Of a stretch of 64,000 nucleotides of DNA, positions 54,147 through 64,000 are shown piece after piece. The notes under the pieces are model-generated. The model saw only the letters and a list, made by a program, of their open reading frames with translations. It made no database searches and was not told the DNA's origin. Positions within the stretch are counted from its first letter, which is position 1. Each line of letters begins with the position of its first letter. This DNA is from the human T2T-CHM13v2.0 reference genome, Homo sapiens: the NCBI RefSeq assembly GCF_009914755.1, contig NC_060939.1; one strand, given 5' to 3'. The position numbers and the translations under genes were made by a program.

Positions 54147-54506
54147 AGATTCTTAAAGTTCATCCCTGGACCAGAGCATCAGCATCACTTGCAAACTTGT
54201 TAAAAATGCAGATTCTCAGGTTTTACCTCAAACCCACTGAATCAGATACCCTCAGAATAAGATCCAGCAACTCATATTGTTATAGGCCCTCCAGGTAATG
54301 CTGATGCATGCTAAAATTTAAACTTGACAATAGAGATCTTAACCTTGGCCACATGCTAGATTTATCTGGGGAGGTTTTAATACCCTGATGCCCAGGCTAC
54401 ATCTTAAACCAATTGCATCAGAATCTGCAGATGTTGGATTCAAATGCCAGTATTTTATTGAAGCTCCCTAGGTGATTGTAACATCAACCTCAGTTGAGAA
54501 CTGCTG
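54147..54506. mobile_element. Two adjacent MER5-family MITEs (MER5A then MER5A1-like), apparently within an MLT1 remnant
   Basis: gcatcagcatcacttgcaaacttgttaaaaatgcagattctcagg ... ccctccaggtaatgctgatgcatgctaaaattt; the second unit ends ggtgattgtaacat..cagttgagaactgctg. Confidence 0.75.
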
Positions 54507-54534
54507 TCCTGGGATGTTTTTTCATTCACATGGC

Positions 54535-54810
54535 CAAAATGTCCAGAATAGATCAATCTATAGAGGAAAAAAGTAGAGGCAGAAGTGGAAAGAGTTACCT
54601 AGGGCTGGGGTGTCTTGGGGGAAAGGGAGAGTGACTGCTACTGTGTAAAGCTTTTTGGAGAGCTGATGAAAACATTCTGAAACTGATCATGACAAAGGTT
54701 GCACAACTCTGAATATTCCAAAAGCTAGTGAACCATTGAATTGTGCTCTTTAAATAGGTTACTGTATGATATGTGAACTGTATTTCAATAAAGTTGTTAT
54801 TTTAAAAAGT
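54535..54810 (+). mobile_element. L1MB-type 3' end, sense, with AATAAA
   Basis: gtccagaatagatcaatctatagag ... ggttgcacaactctgaatat ... tgtgaactgtatttcaataaagttg. Confidence 0.8.
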
Positions 54811-54919
54811 CAGTGGGAGTTATGTGCCTGACAATGGGAAAATTATTTTTAAACATCTTTATTGAGGTAGAATTTACATATTACAAAATTCATCCTTTTA
54901 AATGTACAGTTCCGTGAGA

Positions 54920-55193
<274 letters not shown>

Positions 55194-55476
55194 TAAGTTT
55201 TAATATATTTATTTGCAGAGCCTTACAACCATCACTGCAGTTCAGTTTTAGAACATTTCCATCACTCCAAAAATATCTCCTATGCTCATTGCAGTTTATT
55301 CTAGTTGCCACCCACAGCCCTAGGCAACCACTAATCTGCTTTCTGTCTCAATTTAATACATTAAATTAATAAATCATAAAATATGTTGTCTTTTGAATCT
55401 GGCCTTTTCACTTAGCATTATATTTTTGAAGTTTATTCATTTGTTTCCTCACCTTTTTATTGGTGAAGAGTATTCT

Positions 55477-55505
55477 TGTGTGTGTGTGTGCGTGTATGTG
55501 TGTGT
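55477..55505. repeat. Imperfect (TG)n microsatellite
   Basis: tgtgtgtgtgtgtgcgtgtatgtgtgtgt. Confidence 0.85.
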
Positions 55506-58500
55506 AGAGTGAAAGATCTATATAGATAGAGATGCACACATAACACACTTTACTCATTTAGTTGATGAACAGTTGATAGTTTCCATTTTGATTACTAAGA
55601 ACAATGTTTCTATGGATATTAGTGTAAAAGTTTTCAGATATGGTTTCCATTTCTCTTGGGTAAATACTTAGGAGTGAAATTGCTGAGTCACATATAAATT
55701 TGTATAACTTTTTGTTGTATTTTTATTGTGGTAAAATATACATCACATAAAACTTATCGTTTTAGCCATTTTTAGTTTCAGTGTCATCACTACTATCCAT
55801 CTCCACATGTTTTTATCATCCCAAACTGAAACTCTGTATTTATTAAACAAGAACTCCCTATTCTCCTGTCCCTCAGCCCCTTATAACTTCTACTTACTCT
55901 CTGCTTCTATGAGTTTATTCTCAGTACCTCATATAAGTGGAAGCACACAATATTTGTCCTTTTGTGTCTGGCTTATCTCACTTAGCAAAATATCTTCAAG
56001 GTTTGTCCATGTTGTAACATGTAACATTTCATTCCTTTTTAAGGTTGAATAATATTCCATTCTATATAAATACCATGTTTTGTTTATTCAATTGGGTATG
56101 TTTCACTTTTTAAGAAACTGAAAATCTGTTTTCCAAAGTGGATGTAACATTTTACATTTCTCTTAGAAATGTCTGAAGTTTCTGTTTTGTTACATCTTTT
56201 CCTACATTTGTTACTATCTGACTTTTTGATTGTAGCCATACTAGTAGCTATGAAGTAGTATTATCGTGGTGGTTTCAGTTTGAATTTCCAGAATGAATAA
56301 TGATACTGGACATTTTATCATGTGCTTATTAGCCATTCATGTATCTTCTTTGGTAAAATGTAATTAAGTATTTTGCCTTTTTAAGTTGGGTCATTTGTCT
56401 TAAAATTTGAGAGTTCTTTGTACCTTCTGATTACAATTTTTTTGCCATATTTATGACTTGCAAATATTTTCTCTTGGTCTTTGGCTTTTCTCATTTTTTT
56501 TAAATGGTGTCTTTTGAAGCACAAACGTTTTAATTTTTGATTAAGTTCAGTTTAACATATTTATGGATTCTGCTTTTGGTGTCATATCTAAGAACTCTTT
56601 ACCTTACTCAAAATCATCATGATTTTCTCCTCTGTGTTTTTCTAAAAGTTTCAAAATTTTAGCGTTTACATTTAGGTCCGTGATCTATTTTGAGTCTATT
56701 TCTGTGCATAGTATGAGGTAAAGGTTTAAATTAATATTTTTGCGTGTGGCCATATGGATATCAGATTTTCCCCTGCACAGTTTTCTGGAAAGACAATATT
56801 TCCCCATCAAGTTACCTTGGCACCTTTGTCAAAAGCCAAGTGATCATAAATATAAGAGTTCTTTCTGGACGCTTAGTTCTGTTCCATTGATCTATATGCC
56901 TGTCATTATTCCAAAATGACACTGTCTTAATTAATGTACCTTTATAGTAAGTATTGAAATCATGTACAGTGAATGCTCCAATTTTTTACTTCTTTGCAAA
57001 ATTTATTTTGGTGCTTCTGGGTCCTTTGTATTCCCATGTAAATTTTAGAGTGAGTTTATTAATTTTTGTCCAAAAAAAATTCTGCTGGAATTTTGATGGG
57101 TATTAAATTGAATCTAGAGATCAGTTTTGGAGGACTGTTATCCTCATTAAGTCTTCCAATCTTCAAACATAAAATGTCTATTTATTCTTTAATTATTTTC
57201 AGGAAGATATTGTGGTTTTTATTATATAAGTCTTGCACTTCTTTTATGAAATGTATTCCTATGTATTTGATTCTTTTTGGTGCTACTACAAATATTTTTT
57301 TGATTTCATTTCAGATTATTTTCTGGTATATAGAAATTAAGTTTTAAAAATACTGATCTTATGTCATTGACCTAATTGAAATTATTTATTAGTTCAGTGG
57401 GCTTTTTGGGGAGCAGGTGGATTCTTTAGAACTTTTTACATACAGGATTATGTCATCTGTGAATAAAAAGAGCTTTATTTTTTTCTTTCCAATAGGGATG
57501 CCCTTTATTTATTTTTCTTGCATTATTGCACTGGCTGGAACATCCACTACAATGTGGAATAAAAGTGATGTGAACAGACATTCTTGTCTTGTTCCTGATC
57601 TAAGGTGGGGGTGGGGACAGGGTGGGAAACACCAATTTTTCACCGTTAAGTGCGATATTGACTGTAGGGTTTTTGTAGATACCCTTTATCAGGTCGAGGA
57701 AGTTCCCTTCTATTCCTGGTTTGTTGAGAGCTTTTATCTTGAATGAGCATTAGATTTTTTCAAATGCTTTTTCTTGGTCTATCGATAAGATCATATAGTT
57801 TTGTCCTTTGTTAATATGGTTTATTACATTAACTGGTGGAGAATCGGGTATTGATGTTTCTGTTACTGTTGAATTGTCATCTTCTACTTCAATTCCATCA
57901 GTTTTTGCTTCACATATTTTGGTTTCTGTTGTTAGGTGCTTATATGTTTATAATAGATATATATTTCTGATAAATTTGCCCTTTTGTAATTTTAAACTAT
58001 TTTTCTTTTTTCTTTATGAACAGTTTTGTCTTAAGTCTACTTCATAGAGCCATTCCAGGTGTCTTGAATGTGCAGATTATGTTTTTTGTTTGTATGGCAT
58101 ATTGTCTTCAATCTTTGTACTTTTAACTTATTTGTGTCCTTGAATATAAAGTGTGTCCCTTGTAGACAACACATATTTGATTTTTTAAAATAGTCTGACA
58201 ATCTCTCCCTTTCATTGGTATGCTTCATCCATTTATATCTAATGTAATTATTTAGATAACTGGATTTATGTCTGCCACTTTGCTATTTATTTCTTATGTT
58301 TCTTTTGTTATTTTTTGGTCCTCTATTCCTCCCTTACTACCTTTTTTTGTGTTAAATAGATATTCTCTAGTGTAACATTTTAATTAATTTGGGTTTTTAA
58401 AAATACTTTTTTGAGGAGTTATTCTCTTAGTGGTTGCTCTAGGGAACTTAATATATATTTAACTTGAAATAATCCACTTCAAATTAATACTAACTTAACA

Positions 58501-59103
58501 AAGCAACTTTGCATTAACATTTTTCCATTCTTTGCCTACTCCTTTGTGATAATATTGCCACATATATTATATCTTCATAAGTTATAAGCTCAGCAACGCA
58601 GTTTTATAATTATTTTATGAAGTTGTTTTTTGAATAAATTACAGGAACATAAAAGAAAGATACATATTTTTATATTGTTTCTGGTATTTACCTGCATAGT
58701 TACCTTTACCAGTATTCTTTATTTCTTTGCATGGATTCCAGTTACTGTTTGGTGTCATTTTCTTTCAGCCTGAAGGACTTCCCTTAGTATTTCTTACAAG
58801 ACAAGCCTGTGACTATTTGCTGATGGACCTGTGTGTGTGGGCTGAATGACAGTTCGAGGTTCAGGCAGTTTAGAGTTCTATCCTGGATTTTGTTTTCTGC
58901 TTGTGCGGGAATGAATAGATAGCTAGGGTCCTCTCCAGTTTTTCCCGAGCATGTGTGTGGCCTTGCCCACTGCCTACTCTGCCCTGTTAGAGCTGTTTTG
59001 CCATGAGGCGGTGGGGGGAGGGAGATGGAAGCATCAACAGGCTGAAACACCATAGACTCCAACTGTTCTTCCTAAGGCTCATTAAATTAAAAAAAAAAAA
59101 AAC

Positions 59104-59106
<3 letters not shown>

Positions 59107-59145
<39 letters not shown>
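59107..59145. repeat. (AC)n microsatellite, ~19 units, preceded by a poly-A run
   Basis: Uninterrupted acacac tract directly upstream of an Alu. Confidence 0.95.
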
Positions 59146-59148
<3 letters not shown>

Positions 59149-59150
59149 TG

Positions 59151-59467
<317 letters not shown>

Positions 59468-60934
59468 AATACTTGATTTTTTGTATGCCTTTAGTCAATT
59501 TCCAGAGTCCAGAGATTGTTATTTTGAATGATTTTGCCCAATTTTTTTATTATTTTGTGTGAGAAAAGATTTACTGAGCTCTATTCAGCTGTTAAGTCCC
59601 ACCCTCAAGAGGGAAATTCTTGATTCTTCCAGGCACAGGATATTTTAGAAAAAAAGGACTAATGAAAAAATATCAATGCTGAGGGGGTGTGGGCTGCAAA
59701 AGTTACAGTATTTGGATTTTGTGATAGCTAGGAAGTGAAGGAGAAAAAAACATTTTGAAGTAGATTCTTCTTTCCCATCTCTTTTGAGAAACCAACTTTG
59801 TATGCTGTGTGCACACGGAAACCAGGAGGAGGGGTGGCCTTCTGGGAGCACATTAAGGCTAAGGGAATAGGGAAGGAACAAGAAAGAAAAATGAAGATGA
59901 AGAGGTTAAAATTTCATCATGCTATCTCATCATCCTCTGTAGAGTTGCTGGGAACTGTCCAGTAGAATGAACAGTGTGATCGATTAAGGAGTCTGAAAAA
60001 CTCTGCTGAGGAAAAGATACTGTCAGCTGTCCTCTAAGTTTAACCTTAGAAGAGAGACAACAAATAAATCATTATGTTACGATAAATATTCAGAATCACC
60101 TGGGACCTCACTTGAATTTAATAAAAGAATTCATTGGCAAAGGCCTAAGAATATAGTGGGACAGGCTATAGGGAGTTGAAGAAGGTGGGAAGGGATAGGT
60201 GATAATTGTAGTTGTTTCTGAGTTGAGGCTCTGACTTATCTCTATACATTGGGCTTTACTCTCTGAGGTTCTTCTAGGGTAGAATATGAATGCCATGATG
60301 CTTTCCAGAAGTAATGTCTGTTTTCACCATTGCTCCCCATGCCAAGCATGTGGTATGTCTTATTTTTTGAGGACAGAATGAATCTGCCTTAGTCTAGTGG
60401 AGGACTATAATATTCATGTTTCTTCAAGGGGCAAGATGAAGTAGTCCAGCAGTGAGAACCCAACAGACAGAAAATTAGACCTGAAGTACCCTGGCAATCA
60501 AAGAGTGCACCTTTCCTATTTTCCAGGTGCTACATGGAAGCATAAGAGGCTTAGCGGCAACCCAAATATCACACTGATAATGGCAGTGGCAAGGCTGAGA
60601 CCTGAGATTTCCAACTCCCTGTGTGGTGCATTTGCTGCCTCAGCGAGCTACAAAAATGTCTATAAACCTCTTGCTGTCATCTTTTCCTATCATGTAAAGA
60701 ATTATTCTTGACCACCCTCGGTGTTTCTAGTAAAATGAAAGTGTTTTTAAAACAAAAAGCAAAACGTAAGCCCTGGAACTGGACCAAAATATTGAGGAAA
60801 ATGTATTCATTCCTTCACTGAATTCAGAAGTGGGAAGTTCTATCAAATTGAGTTTCATACTGCCGAGCCTTCATCTCATGTACTCACGGCATTCTCTTCC
60901 CCACTATTTTTGTGTCTAATAATATCCCAGGTAG

Positions 60935-61035
60935 TCATTTGCAAACACTAACTGAGAACTTACAATGTGCCAGGCACTGCTAGGAGTTGAATACACACTG
61001 ATGTGCCTCCCTGCCTATAATAAGCTTACAGTCCC
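60935..61035 (-). mobile_element. L2 3' end fragment
   Basis: tcatttgcaaacactaactgagaacttacaatgtgccaggcactg. Confidence 0.7.
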
Positions 61036-61257
61036 CCATTATTCCTTCCCCATTGCATGCACTTGGCATTTTTAATACAAAATTGGAATGATCACCTCAC
61101 AGCCTGATTGCTTTCAGAACTTTTTGAGTCTTTGGGCCCCGATGAAAATCTTCCCTTAGCATGTATGCAGATTAATATTTAGCAGTTGGTGAATAAGCAA
61201 ATATACTGTAAATGCCTAGGAGAGCTCATTAGAAATTGGCCATCAAGAAGAAGCCGT

Positions 61258-64000
<2,743 letters not shown>

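Overview
Primate (very probably human, chr15q13-14) genomic DNA lying entirely inside the ryanodine receptor 3 gene (RYR3), transcribed on the + strand. Nine consecutive GT-AG coding exons were read by hand. By recalled RYR3 numbering they are exons 4-12 (989 nt, about aa 94-423). They join in one open frame encoding the N-terminal beta-trefoil/MIR domains and the start of the helical NTD-C. The rest is intronic and repeat-rich: 12 Alus, a sense-oriented LTR12/ERV9 solo LTR, two ERVL-type LTRs, a twin-primed inverted L1PA with a short 3' transduction, a 5'-truncated sense L1PA ORF2 running off the end, old L1M/L2/MIR/CR1 fragments, and Tigger2a, MER58 and MER5 DNA transposons. The best lead is an apparently unannotated 15-nt in-frame microexon candidate (KFQRK, 16737-16751). 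It sits where RYR2 carries its KFMMK microexon and is flanked by RBFOX and MBNL motifs; a decayed QVD... partner may lie ~0.8 kb upstream. Other leads are a 693-nt stop-free circRNA configuration (exons 4-10) and an LTR12 cryptic promoter followed by an AG|GT site. Exon numbering, paralog comparisons and repeat subfamily names come from memory, not from a database search.
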